Shown: in pieces, positions 9,248 to 19,381 of the stretch
How the letters are laid out: the number at the start of each line of letters is the position of its first letter
Position numbering within the stretch: the stretch's first letter is position 1
NCBI GenBank assembly: GCA_963800555.1
Contig: CAWDBH010000008.1
Location: forward strand, 48,258 to 112,257
Source: an uncultured Candidatus Micrarchaeota archaeon
GTDB taxonomy: Archaea; Micrarchaeota; Micrarchaeia; Anstonellales; Bilamarchaeaceae
DNA: 64,000 bases
Reading direction: 5' to 3'
The notes under the pieces: model-generated
What the model saw: the letters and a program-made list of their open reading frames with translations, nothing else
What the model was told of the DNA's origin: nothing
Databases searched by the model: none
Position numbers and translations under genes: made by a program

Positions 9248-9504
9248 ATAATCTCCTTATGCGGTTCAGAGAATGACTTTCATCATTTTTCAGAAATACC
9301 TTTTTTCTTCATAACCGCATAAGAGAATCGCAGAGAAAGGATTTAATTGCATGGACCTCGCTTGAAACCGGGTTGATAGTCCATCTAGAGCCATAAGGCT
9401 AGTGCAGGTGAACATAATGGACTTCTACTTGACCTGCTGGCCCAGTCAGTCCACTTTTTCAAGATAAAATCGAAGGTCTTCTCTGTGGAGTTAGAAAGAA
9501 AAAG

Positions 9505-9576
9505 TGGACTTGGGGGGACTCGCACCCCCGGCATCTCGCATGCAAAGCGAGCGCTCTGCTGCTGAGCTACAAGCCC
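9505..9576 (-). tRNA. tRNA-Ala(TGC)
   Basis: GGGCTTG...CAAGTCCA acceptor with G3:U70; CTCGC-TTTGCAT-GCGAG anticodon arm; variant D loop (AG) and T loop (TGCGAGT). Confidence 0.9.
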
Positions 9577-9617
9577 GTTGATTAGGAAAAGATGGATGTA
9601 CTGATTTAAAAAAAGAG

Positions 9618-9815
9618 TTATTCGCAGCCGCCCCAACCGCACGCATAGCAGACCTTGCATCCTTCCTGGAATGTCAGGTCGCCGTCGCACGAGGGGCAGA
9701 TGCCCTTCTTTATCTTCTCTGCTTCCGACAGATTGGAAGGGTTAGGAGCCGCAGGAGCAGTGAATTCCGTTCTTATTTCTTGCATGGTTTCAATCCCTTC
9801 ACTTTCTCGCATCAT
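9618..9815 (-). CDS. Small zinc-ribbon protein resembling the C-terminal Zn finger of class II ribonucleotide reductases
   Basis: CPSC...FQEGCKVCYACGWGGC. Confidence 0.7.
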   Translation of the reverse strand: MMRESEGIETMQEIRTEFTAPAAPNPSNLSEAEKIKKGICPSCDGDLTFQEGCKVCYACGWGGCE

Positions 9816-9880
9816 CTTATTTTAAATGATTCTTTTATCGCCGAAAAAATAAATACGCAAAATCTATTTTCCGCGACATG

Positions 9881-10120
9881 TCATTGCCATGCCGGCATGC
9901 CTGCCATGTATTGGTCGACGTATTTCTCTGCATCCGTCCGCTCCATCCTCTTCATCTTCATGTAATACTTCACCATATTTTCGCGTATCAGGTAACGGGC
10001 CATGAGCTCTCCGCTCGGGTAGGAGCAGTGGACGCAGTATCTGTTGCCTTCCTTCTTGCCGCCGAAATCTGATATCTTCATCATCGGCATACCGCAGCTT
10101 TCGCATTTCTTCATTTCCAT
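9881..10120 (-). CDS. Putative zinc-ribbon protein
   Basis: CESCGMPM...YCVHC and C-terminal MPAW, typical of Zn_ribbon_2-like proteins. Confidence 0.8.
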   Translation of the reverse strand: MEMKKCESCGMPMMKISDFGGKKEGNRYCVHCSYPSGELMARYLIRENMVKYYMKMKRMERTDAEKYVDQYMAGMPAWQ

Positions 10121-10181
10121 AGTATCACATCTGACGCTTCGAACGCATGGCTATCGCTAATAAGGCGTAAATATCTTTGCT

Positions 10182-11513
10182 TCATCTGAGCGTCGGATTG
10201 CAGACGGATGCATTCAGCAGCGGAAGATGCGCGTTCCCTATATATTCAGAGCCGCGCAGTGCGCGGATCGGCCCCACATCGATGACTTCCTCGAGCGGTT
10301 TCCTGGCTAGCCTTATGAAGCATGAATCCAGGCACCTATCAGCCCAGTTTTGGAGGTACTCTTCCTCATGCAGGAATGCAAGACCATTGTGCCTCTTCAG
10401 ATCCCCCGCCAGATTCGGGAGCTCTTCATTGATGTTTATCGCTTTCTTGTGCACATCCGCATCAGCTTCGCTGACCAGTCCGCTGAACGCTATGTCCGGA
10501 CGGGAATGAACCGCTTCGATAAGGTATGCCAGCAGCTCCATATGATTCCTTCTGACGTGCAGTTCGCCATTGGCTCTCCTCTCGGTTATATACGCCGCTT
10601 CATGGACGAGCGTCGCAGCTACGTAGGAATTGATGGCATTGAGCAGGAATGTCGCTGGTTCATCGCATTCGGTCATCATCCTCTCGAGGCGGGCGATGCC
10701 AGCACGGGTCGTAATCACATTAAGCGCGAAGAGCGTGGGATTTGCAAAAGCGGAACCAATCTCCGCGAAGCACTTGGTTACTTCCTCGTAGCTCATGCGC
10801 ATCACATTCCTCGTCATGAGCATCCGATCGAGCATTTCGCGTGCGTCTGTGAGGCTGATACTGTACTTGTCCATCCTATACTTGACCAATCTATATTCAT
10901 GGTTTTTGATAAGTGGGTCGGATATCTCGAGCATGATATCGAGCATCTCGACCAGTCGCCCCACCGCATTCGTGACATTTATCGCCAGATATGCGCCCTT
11001 CCCGTCCGAGTCAGGGCGTCCGGAGTGCAAATGCCCTCCATCATATTTGCCGAGCACGAGATAGGTATCCAACCCCAGAATCTCCGTCTTTTCGAGGATT
11101 AGGCCGAAGCTAGCGGATCTTCCGAAATCCGCGAATATCCCATGCTCAGCGAATATATCGCGCGCTTTCCTGGATATCCTATCCTTCTCTTTAGGAGTAT
11201 TCTTCTGGGCCAGCGTTGCGAGCGCCTTGGTAATCGGGGCTTTAAGGCAAGGATTCGCGTCCTGCTCTTCGAGCTGAAGGCGTTGGGAAACGGCTTTCTG
11301 GCTGGAGAAAGCCTCTCCGAACCTGAGATCGCGCATCCGGTCCTCTCCGATGGCATCCCTCAGATTGCCGAAGCTGAAGTTCTGCCGTCTGAGGAAGGGC
11401 GCGCAGTACGTTTTCAGTTGTTCTTTTGTGATAGGCACGCATATTCTATGGTTAGTAAAATTTAAAAATTGTGATATTAAACATTTGTGATATCTGCATC
11501 CAGCTTCTTTCAA
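10182..11513 (-). CDS. Hypothetical protein (start uncertain)
   Basis: Long ORF with no recognised family; LVHEAAY resembles a degenerate HExxH. Confidence 0.6.
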   Translation of the reverse strand: MKEAGCRYHKCLISQFLNFTNHRICVPITKEQLKTYCAPFLRRQNFSFGNLRDAIGEDRMRDLRFGEAFSSQKAVSQRLQLEEQDANPCLKAPITKALATLAQKNTPKEKDRISRKARDIFAEHGIFADFGRSASFGLILEKTEILGLDTYLVLGKYDGGHLHSGRPDSDGKGAYLAINVTNAVGRLVEMLDIMLEISDPLIKNHEYRLVKYRMDKYSISLTDAREMLDRMLMTRNVMRMSYEEVTKCFAEIGSAFANPTLFALNVITTRAGIARLERMMTECDEPATFLLNAINSYVAATLVHEAAYITERRANGELHVRRNHMELLAYLIEAVHSRPDIAFSGLVSEADADVHKKAININEELPNLAGDLKRHNGLAFLHEEEYLQNWADRCLDSCFIRLARKPLEEVIDVGPIRALRGSEYIGNAHLPLLNASVCNPTLR

Positions 11514-11680
11514 GCCATTTCTATCCCGTTACCTTGCAAAAATTCGCGGTCGATTCGGAATCGCTATCCCGAAACCGTCAAATCCTCCATCCTGCAAAAC
11601 TGAGGATGCGCCTGCAAAACAAATGAAAATTTGCCGTCGATCTGGAGCTGCTGCTCCACATCCGGCAAATTTGAAGAATT

Positions 11681-11811
11681 TGCCGAGGGGGGAATTTGAA
11701 TCCCCGACCTCTCGATTTCTCGAGTGCATAATATCATCGGCATGATGCCTCATCACTCATCGGGTTTGCACCTATGAGTCGAGCACTCTCAACCAGCTGA
11801 GCTACCTCGGC
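11681..11811 (-). tRNA. Elongator tRNA-Met(CAT) with a 56-nt intron (11717-11772) at 37/38
   Basis: GCCGAGG...CCTCGGCA acceptor; CTCGA-CTCATA[intron]A-TCGAG. Confidence 0.9.
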
Positions 11812-11899
11812 GATTAGTACAGTGCTTGTTGTCTGATTAATTTTTAATTCCCGCCGCCCTGCGCATTCTTTTCTCATTTTTCCGAGCCGGGAGCGCATC

Positions 11900-12565
11900 T
11901 CAGTCTATCGAGTCCGCCAGCGATCCCGCCAGATCCGGTCCGAGGATGTCGTAAGAGAGGATCTTGCGGATCTTTCTGCTCGTGCTGGGATGGAAATAGC
12001 GGCTTTCGCTTCCGATATTTTCCCGCTTGGCGTATAAAACCGATACGGTCTCTTTCTGCGCTACTGGGTCGGTGACATAGCCGCTCAGAAGGGCATCGCA
12101 GGCCAGGGAAGACACCATCCGGTTCCTTATGTTCCGGGCCTCCTCCCTCAGGATTTTATAGGCGCATTCGAATAACCGTACGCTGAGCTTTAATCCGATG
12201 ATGCCGCTGATTATGAATGGCAGGGGATTGGGGGCATGCCCGGGAGGGAACGAACTCTGATATGTACCGCATAACCATCCGGTGACAGCGGTAGGGGCTA
12301 GGAACACCAGGGCTGAAAAAACGATCGTATCCATGGCATCGGCGCATCGCGTTCTGAATCTGGCTCCCGGCGGATTGAGCCTGATGCGCTTCAAGGACCT
12401 TGCGATCTCCATCTGATCTGAAGAAGGCAGCACAGTGGCAGCTTTCGGGCCGTTTCCAGGCTTGACATCGAAATACCTGCTGAAAACCTCCCTCGCACGG
12501 ACTAGCTCCCTGGGGGTTGGCTGTTCTCTGATACGGAGCGCGTTGCCAGGCACCATCAATTCCAC
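11900..12565 (-). CDS. Hypothetical membrane protein
   Basis: Two hydrophobic segments; no family recognised. Confidence 0.55.
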   Translation of the reverse strand: MELMVPGNALRIREQPTPRELVRAREVFSRYFDVKPGNGPKAATVLPSSDQMEIARSLKRIRLNPPGARFRTRCADAMDTIVFSALVFLAPTAVTGWLCGTYQSSFPPGHAPNPLPFIISGIIGLKLSVRLFECAYKILREEARNIRNRMVSSLACDALLSGYVTDPVAQKETVSVLYAKRENIGSESRYFHPSTSRKIRKILSYDILGPDLAGSLADSID

Positions 12566-12676
12566 TCATCTCGTTATATGAAGGAACACCATATATTCTT
12601 TGCGCCTCTTGAAGGGCATGCGTGCTCCGGAACGGCACCCGCCCTTTTTATTCTCTTCATCGGATATCTGGACTGG

Positions 12677-15600
12677 ATGGCGGTTCCGTATTCTGATATG
12701 CTGCGTGATGGGCTGCAGAAAGCCTATGCTGTCGCGAGCGAAGCCAGGGCGAAAGGGCTGGACCCGAGCGACGAGATAGAAGTGAAGCTCGCAAAAGACG
12801 TCGCGGCCCGCGTGGAAGGTATCGTCGGACCCCCGGGAGTCGCGGACCTGATCCGCTCCCTCGAAGCGGGTGGCATGTCCCGCGAGGACCTGTCATTCGA
12901 GGTCGCGAGGAAGATAGCCTCCGGCGAGGTCATGGAGGGGGACAAAACCGCTCTCATGGAGCAGGCAGTCCGCACGGGCTTGGGCATAATCACCGAAGGA
13001 GTCCTGGTCGCGCCCACCGAAGGCATAACGCACGTCAAGATAAAGCAGAATCCGGACGGCAGCGATTATCTGGCCATCTATTTCGCAGGCCCTATCCGGA
13101 GCGCGGGCGGCACGGCTGCTGCGCTCAGCCTCGTCCTCGCGGATATAGTCCGCAGGATATGCGGTGTCGGGGATTACAGGGCGACGGATTCCCAGATCAT
13201 GCGCTATATCGAGGAGGTCATGGTCTACGAGAACCGCGTCTCCCACCTCCAGTATATGCCGCACGAGGAGGACATGAAGATCATACTCGCCAACTGCCCG
13301 GTCTGCATCGATGGCGATCCCACGGAGGATGTCGAGGTGTCCGCCTATCGCGGGGTGCCAGGCGTCGAGACCGACCGCGTCCGTGGCGGCGTGCCCCTCG
13401 TGCTGTGCGAAGGCGTCGCGGCGAAGGCGTCCAAGCTCCTCAAATACACCAAGAAGCTCAAGCTCGGCTGGGACTGGCTCGAGAAAGTGATCAAGATAAA
13501 GAAAAAGGCCGACACGGTTGAGATCAAGCCGGATCCGACATATCTGGAAGGATTGGTCGCGGGACGCCCGGTGTTCGCGCACGCCAGCGCCAAAGGCGGA
13601 TTCCGCCTGCGCTATGGCAGGAGCAAGACGAACGGCCTGATGGGCCGCAACGTCCATCCAGCTACGATGCTGCTTCTGGATAATTTCCTGGCCTACGGCA
13701 CGCACATGAAAGTGGAGCGGCCTGGCAAGGGCTGCGTGGTCGCCGCGCATGACGGCCTCGAGCCTCCTGCGGTCCGCTTGAAATGCGGCCGGGTGATGAA
13801 GGTCCGCACGCTGGATGAAGCGGAGAAGATAAAGAGCGATGTCGAGGAGATCCTTTTCCTGGGGGACATACTGGTCACCTACGGAGATTTCCTGAAATCG
13901 AACCATCCCCTCATGCCTTCAGGGTATTGCGAGGAATGGTGGCAGAGGGAACTGGAGGCCAAGGGAGTGCAGGCGCCGCAGAACCGCGACGCGAAATCCA
14001 TGTTCGAGCTCTCCCGTCTCCACGGAGTGCCTCTGCATCCGGACCACACGTTCCACTGGCATGATATCACCCCAGACCAGATCCGCTCCCTGGCGCAATG
14101 GCTCAGGGCAGGCCAGTTGGATATGGAAGGCGGAGCCATCAGCTCCCTCAAGCTCCCCAAATCCGACGCGAAACGGGTCCTCGAAGAATTGATATGCGAG
14201 CACCGCGTCAATGAAGGCACGATCGTCCTGGAGAGCGACATCGCGTTCGCATTGCTATCCTCCTTGGGATGCCTCGTTGACGGGAAGATCGAGACGTTCG
14301 CGTTCGACCAGGCATGGGATGCGTCTAAAGCGCCTCTCGCGTTGGTGAACGAGCTCTCAGGGATCTCCATCAAGGCAAAAGCGCCGACTTACATAGGCGG
14401 CAGGATGGGCAGGCCGGAGAAGGCGAAGGAGCGCGCCATGGAAGGCTCGCCGCACGTGCTTTTCCCGACCGGCTCCTTCAAGAACCGTAGCATCTCAAAG
14501 CAATACCGCACGCTGAAGAGCCGGGAAGGCGAGAAGACGCTCAATCTGGAGCTCGTGCGAATGCGCTGCACCAAATGCAAGCGGCTCGGATACACCCGCA
14601 GGTGCGAGGTATGCGGAGAGCGCGCCCTGGAGGAGCGGGTTTGCCACAAATGCGGCAGGATCGTGGAAACCGAGATCCACTGCGACATGAAGACCCTGCC
14701 CTATGATGTGCGTCCCGTGGACGTGGTGACGCTTTTCGAAGGGATAAAGGACCGGCTCGGCATCCTTCCGGATGACGTGAAAGGCGTGAAAGGACTCTCG
14801 AACATGTCCAAGATACCCGAGAGGCTGGAGAAGGGGTTCCTGCGGTCCAAGCACGGGGTTTTCGTGTTCAGGGACGGGACCTCCAGATTCGATGCGACAG
14901 ATGTCCCGCTAACGCATTTCACTCCTCACGAGGTCGGCTTGAGCCTGGAGAGGGCCCGGGAGCTAGGCTATGAGAACGATTATCTGGGCAACCCTCTCGA
15001 GAACGGGGAGCAGCTACTCTCCTTGCGTCATCAGGACATAATCCTGGCTGAAGCCGGATATCAGTACTTCACCAAGGTCTGCAATTTCATAGACGAGATG
15101 CTGGTCAATTTCTATGGCCAGAAATCGTTCTACAACATCAAGAGGAGGGAGGATTTGATCGGGCACCTTGCTGTCGGATTATCACCTCACACCAGCGCCG
15201 GCGCCCTCTGCCGCATAATCGGATTCACCAAGGCCACGGTCGGATATGGGCACCCATATTTCCATACCGCCAAAAGAAGGAACTGCTTCCATGGTGATGA
15301 GACCATCATGGTCCACGACGGCAAATGTTTCAGTCATATGCGCATGCGAGACCTCGTCCAGTCCAATCTGAATGGGAGGATAGAGAAAGACGATTTCGGT
15401 ACAGAATACAAGATGGTTAGCGGGCTCAAGACATTCGCATTCAACAAGGACACAAAAAGGTTCGAGCTCGCGGAGATAACACATGTCTCCAAGCATATCG
15501 CACCATCCAAGCTCATGGAGATAAAAACGAAAAGCGGGAGGCGGATCCGCGTCACATCCGATCACCCGTTCCCGAATTCCTCAGGCCATAAAATCCCGGC

Positions 15601-17422
15601 TTCGGATGCCTCCGAACTCCTCTCTCCGTGGAATATAGAGAACTGCGCTGAGAACGATACGCGCTCTATACCCCTCCTTCCAATCGCAGGGGAGGGCGCT
15701 ATGATACGGACCGATGAAGAAATCTTCCCAGACGCGCAGCTATCAGATATAAGCCGCTCTCTCGGCATGAGCTACAAGACGTTCACCAATTACTCCTATC
15801 GCGGTTCCTATCCAATAGGGCTCATACGCAGATTCAGGCCATCCATTCTAGATGGAAAATACAAGCTCGGCAGCAAACGGGACAGGGTATCGCTGAACCC
15901 AGACGTGCAGGTCGATGATCCCCTACTCTCCATCTTAGGTTTTTATATCGCGGAAGGGTATATGAGGAAAACCCAGGTGAGGACGAATCAGGTTGCCATC
16001 ACCGCCACCAAGAGATGGGCCAAGAGATATCTTGCCAGCACGATAGAAGAGGTATTCGGCATTAAGCCTGCCATATGCGAGAACCAAGTGGTCATCTGCT
16101 CGAGGATAGTCCGCGAGCTATTCTCACGCTTGGAGATAGGTTCGGATGCCTATTCGAAACGGGTGCCTGGATTCATCTATTCATTGCCGAAAGGGAAACG
16201 GCACGCATTCCTCAGGGGATACTTCTCAGGAGATGGTTCATGTTCCCTCCAGAGTACCTTGGAAGTGAATGTGACGTCAGTCAACAAACCGCTCATAGAT
16301 GCTGTCTCGTATCTCCTTCTCTTCTCCGGGATAAAGCATTCCATACAAGAGGAAAAACGTTTCATCACCAGCGGTCAGGTATATGAATTCTATGGCAAGC
16401 CCAAAGAGTGCCACTCCTACAAGATACGCATCTTCGGAGAGCAAGCCCGGAGGTTCATCCAGGATATCGGTTTCCTTGATGAGAAGCACGCTCATGCCGT
16501 GAAATTGCTTGACAAATGGCTCAAGAAAAGGGGTACCGGGCGCACGAGATTCGATGGCGACGCATTCTCAGACAAAATCGTCTCTAAAAAAGAGATAGAC
16601 TCTGACGAACGCCATGTATACAGCCTCACGGTTTCTCCTCATCATACACTCATATGTTCAGGAGTTATAACAAATCAGTGCGATGGGGATGAAGATTGCG
16701 TGATGCTGCTCATGGACGCGTTCCTGAATTTCTCCCGCAAGTACCTGAACGAGAAGCGCGGGGGCACGATGGATGCGCCATTGGTGCTCTCAATGGAGAT
16801 AAACCCCAAGGAGGTGGATGACGAGGCGCATTGCATAGAGTTCGTCTGGAAATATCCTCTGGAGTTCTACCAGGCGGCGGAGCGGTTCGCATCGCCCGGA
16901 GAAGTCAGGCTCAAGACCGTGAAGGACGTGCTCGGCACTCCGGAGCAGTTCGAGCTCCCGATAACGCATATCGGCGGAAGCATTGATGTGGGGAACTGCC
17001 GCACGGCCTATGTGCTCCTGAACTCCATCCCGGAGAAGATCGATATCCAGTTCAGGCTCCAGGAACGACTCCGCCCGGTGGACCAGCGCGATGCGGCCGA
17101 GCGGTTGATACTCAGCCATTTCATCCCAGACCTCTACGGCAACCTACGTTCGTTCTCGAGGCAGACCTTCCGGTGCGTGTCATGCAACAACATCGCTCGG
17201 AGGGTCCCGCTCTCAGGCCGGTGCGCCAAATGCGGCGGAAACCTCCTGCTCACTATAAACAAGGGCGGGATAGTGAAGTACCTGGAGATATCCAAGGAGA
17301 TCGTGCGCCGCTACGACCTGCCGGATTACCTGAAGCAGAGGTTAGAACTCGTCGGCAAGGAGATAAAGAGCATATTCGAGGATGACAAGATAAAGCAGAC
17401 CGGTCTCAGTGAATTCCTATAA
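12677..17422 (+). CDS. polC: DNA polymerase II (PolD) large subunit DP2, intein-containing
   Basis: AGPIRSAGGT, GGFRLRYGR, GGRMGRPEK, HTAKRRN/CDGDED and C-terminal Zn-finger motifs. Confidence 0.97.
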   Translation: MAVPYSDMLRDGLQKAYAVASEARAKGLDPSDEIEVKLAKDVAARVEGIVGPPGVADLIRSLEAGGMSREDLSFEVARKIASGEVMEGDKTALMEQAVRTGLGIITEGVLVAPTEGITHVKIKQNPDGSDYLAIYFAGPIRSAGGTAAALSLVLADIVRRICGVGDYRATDSQIMRYIEEVMVYENRVSHLQYMPHEEDMKIILANCPVCIDGDPTEDVEVSAYRGVPGVETDRVRGGVPLVLCEGVAAKASKLLKYTKKLKLGWDWLEKVIKIKKKADTVEIKPDPTYLEGLVAGRPVFAHASAKGGFRLRYGRSKTNGLMGRNVHPATMLLLDNFLAYGTHMKVERPGKGCVVAAHDGLEPPAVRLKCGRVMKVRTLDEAEKIKSDVEEILFLGDILVTYGDFLKSNHPLMPSGYCEEWWQRELEAKGVQAPQNRDAKSMFELSRLHGVPLHPDHTFHWHDITPDQIRSLAQWLRAGQLDMEGGAISSLKLPKSDAKRVLEELICEHRVNEGTIVLESDIAFALLSSLGCLVDGKIETFAFDQAWDASKAPLALVNELSGISIKAKAPTYIGGRMGRPEKAKERAMEGSPHVLFPTGSFKNRSISKQYRTLKSREGEKTLNLELVRMRCTKCKRLGYTRRCEVCGERALEERVCHKCGRIVETEIHCDMKTLPYDVRPVDVVTLFEGIKDRLGILPDDVKGVKGLSNMSKIPERLEKGFLRSKHGVFVFRDGTSRFDATDVPLTHFTPHEVGLSLERARELGYENDYLGNPLENGEQLLSLRHQDIILAEAGYQYFTKVCNFIDEMLVNFYGQKSFYNIKRREDLIGHLAVGLSPHTSAGALCRIIGFTKATVGYGHPYFHTAKRRNCFHGDETIMVHDGKCFSHMRMRDLVQSNLNGRIEKDDFGTEYKMVSGLKTFAFNKDTKRFELAEITHVSKHIAPSKLMEIKTKSGRRIRVTSDHPFPNSSGHKIPASDASELLSPWNIENCAENDTRSIPLLPIAGEGAMIRTDEEIFPDAQLSDISRSLGMSYKTFTNYSYRGSYPIGLIRRFRPSILDGKYKLGSKRDRVSLNPDVQVDDPLLSILGFYIAEGYMRKTQVRTNQVAITATKRWAKRYLASTIEEVFGIKPAICENQVVICSRIVRELFSRLEIGSDAYSKRVPGFIYSLPKGKRHAFLRGYFSGDGSCSLQSTLEVNVTSVNKPLIDAVSYLLLFSGIKHSIQEEKRFITSGQVYEFYGKPKECHSYKIRIFGEQARRFIQDIGFLDEKHAHAVKLLDKWLKKRGTGRTRFDGDAFSDKIVSKKEIDSDERHVYSLTVSPHHTLICSGVITNQCDGDEDCVMLLMDAFLNFSRKYLNEKRGGTMDAPLVLSMEINPKEVDDEAHCIEFVWKYPLEFYQAAERFASPGEVRLKTVKDVLGTPEQFELPITHIGGSIDVGNCRTAYVLLNSIPEKIDIQFRLQERLRPVDQRDAAERLILSHFIPDLYGNLRSFSRQTFRCVSCNNIARRVPLSGRCAKCGGNLLLTINKGGIVKYLEISKEIVRRYDLPDYLKQRLELVGKEIKSIFEDDKIKQTGLSEFL
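15284..16678 (+). mobile_element. Intein (465 aa) with LAGLIDADG homing endonuclease in DP2
   Basis: Starts CFHGD after KRRN; block B VTSDHPF; LGFYIAEG and FLRGYFSGDG motifs; ends ITNQ before CDGDED. Confidence 0.95.
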
Positions 17423-17446
17423 AAGGAAATAAAAAAATTAAAAAAT

Positions 17447-17824
17447 TCAGGTAGACATCTTGTCCGCCTGGTTCCCGATTATCGGCAGCCTGTATTTCTC
17501 GCCGCTGTAAGCTTTCCACATGAGGAAGAGCCACAGCACGAACACGCCCACATAGAACACGAACCCGAGCAGTAAGCTGAGGATCCATCCCAAGACTGGG
17601 ATTATCGCGAGTATGATTTGCACGATGAAGAGGACGATTGCCAAGATTATGATCGCGATTCCGGTCAGGATGCTCTGCATCGCGTGGAATCTCGCGTAGC
17701 TGTCATCCTTCTTCATCAAGTAGACCAATATCCCGGTCAGGATGCTAAAGAAGTACGCCAATGCGCCAAATAGTTTGCTGTCGTTGCTCACTCCATTCGG
17801 AACTGTAGCCTTTTCGCCCGCCAT
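17447..17824 (-). CDS. DUF4870-like membrane protein
   Basis: ALAY, YARFHAMQS and KAYSGEKYRLPIIG motifs. Confidence 0.85.
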   Translation of the reverse strand: MAGEKATVPNGVSNDSKLFGALAYFFSILTGILVYLMKKDDSYARFHAMQSILTGIAIIILAIVLFIVQIILAIIPVLGWILSLLLGFVFYVGVFVLWLFLMWKAYSGEKYRLPIIGNQADKMST

Positions 17825-17920
17825 ACTTTTCTTACCTCCCTAATTAGTATTTACGGCTTCTGCCGTCCAAGGCTACTCACGCACTATCTTTATAAATATT
17901 TTTAGGCGCACAGATTGGCC

Positions 17921-19381
17921 ATGCGTCTATTCAATTCCCTGGCAAAATCGGCCGAATCATTCGAACCTGTGGATGATAAAGTCATAATGTACGTCTGTGG
18001 AATCACCCCATACGACAGCGCGCATATCGGCCATGCCCGGACCTATGTGTCGATGGATGTACTCAAACGATTCCTCATGAAGAAAGGCATCAAGGTCTAT
18101 CATATCCAGAACATCACGGACGTGGACGACAAGATAATCCGGCGTTGCAAGGAGAGCGGAGCGGACCCCAAGAAATTGACCGAAGAGAACCATTCCGAAG
18201 CCCTCGAGCTCCTCGGCAGGCTAGGCGTCCTGCCCGCGGATGTATACCCGAAGGTCACGGAGCATATACCGGACATAATCTCCCTCATCCAGATCCTCAT
18301 CAAGAAAGGCTCTGCCTACGAGACCACTAGCGGGATCTATTTCAGCGTCCCATCATTCCATGCGTACGGAAAGCTATCAGGCCAGGACCTCGAGCAGATA
18401 AAAGCCGGGGCGAGGGTCGAGGTGGACGAGAGCAAGCATGATCCGGCGGATTTCGCGCTATGGAAGAAGACCAAAGGCGAGATAATCGAGTTCGACAGCC
18501 CCTGGGGCCGCGGTAGGCCTGGATGGCATATAGAATGCTCGGCCATGGCGAAAAGATACGCCAAGCGGACGCTCGACATCCATGGCGGCGGCAGGGACCT
18601 GATATTCCCGCACCACGAGAACGAGATAGCGCAGAGCGAGGCCGCGAGCGGAGAGAAATTCTGCCGCTTCTGGGTGCATCCTGGCTTCCTCAGCGTGGAT
18701 GGGGAGAAGATGAGCAAGTCGCTCGGGAATTTCGTCACCCTGAGGCAGGCGCTCGGCCGCTTCACGCCCAATTCACTGAGGCTGTTCTATCTGCAGGCGC
18801 ATTACCGGAGTCCCTTGGATTACGATGAGGACAAGGTGGAAGGCCTGGACGAGAGCGTGGAGAGGATATTCAACTCGCTCGGCCTGATCCGCGAGGAATG
18901 CGCGGCCAAGCGTGAATCAGTCGAGGATAATGCTTTCCGGAAGGAGAGCGACGGGTTGATCATGATGTTCTGGAAGTGCATGGATGACGACCTGGACACC
19001 CCGCAAGCCATAGCATCGCTTTTCGACCTGATCCGCTCCGCGAATTCTCATATATCCCATTCCGACATTGACCGCGAGCAGCTGCTTCGGATAAAGAATG
19101 AGATGGAAAGCATGCTCTGGGTCTTGGGTTTGGAGGAAGAAAGGGCGGATCTGGATTCCAAGAAGGCCGCCATAACAGCGCTGGCTGATGAACTTGGTCT
19201 CTCATCAGGAGACGCGGCTACGATGTTGGACCTCCTCATTGATGAGAGGGAGAAAGCACGCGCTTCAAAGGATTACGCAAAATCAGACCTGATACGCTCC
19301 AAGCTAAACGCGATAGGGATACAGCTCGAAGACAAGCGCAAAGACAAGGAAAGCGGGCCCAGATGGAAGATCACTGCTTAG
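17921..19381 (+). CDS. cysS: Cysteinyl-tRNA synthetase
   Basis: YVCGITPY, HIGH, GRPGWHIECSAM and KMSKS motifs. Confidence 0.98.
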   Translation: MRLFNSLAKSAESFEPVDDKVIMYVCGITPYDSAHIGHARTYVSMDVLKRFLMKKGIKVYHIQNITDVDDKIIRRCKESGADPKKLTEENHSEALELLGRLGVLPADVYPKVTEHIPDIISLIQILIKKGSAYETTSGIYFSVPSFHAYGKLSGQDLEQIKAGARVEVDESKHDPADFALWKKTKGEIIEFDSPWGRGRPGWHIECSAMAKRYAKRTLDIHGGGRDLIFPHHENEIAQSEAASGEKFCRFWVHPGFLSVDGEKMSKSLGNFVTLRQALGRFTPNSLRLFYLQAHYRSPLDYDEDKVEGLDESVERIFNSLGLIREECAAKRESVEDNAFRKESDGLIMMFWKCMDDDLDTPQAIASLFDLIRSANSHISHSDIDREQLLRIKNEMESMLWVLGLEEERADLDSKKAAITALADELGLSSGDAATMLDLLIDEREKARASKDYAKSDLIRSKLNAIGIQLEDKRKDKESGPRWKITA

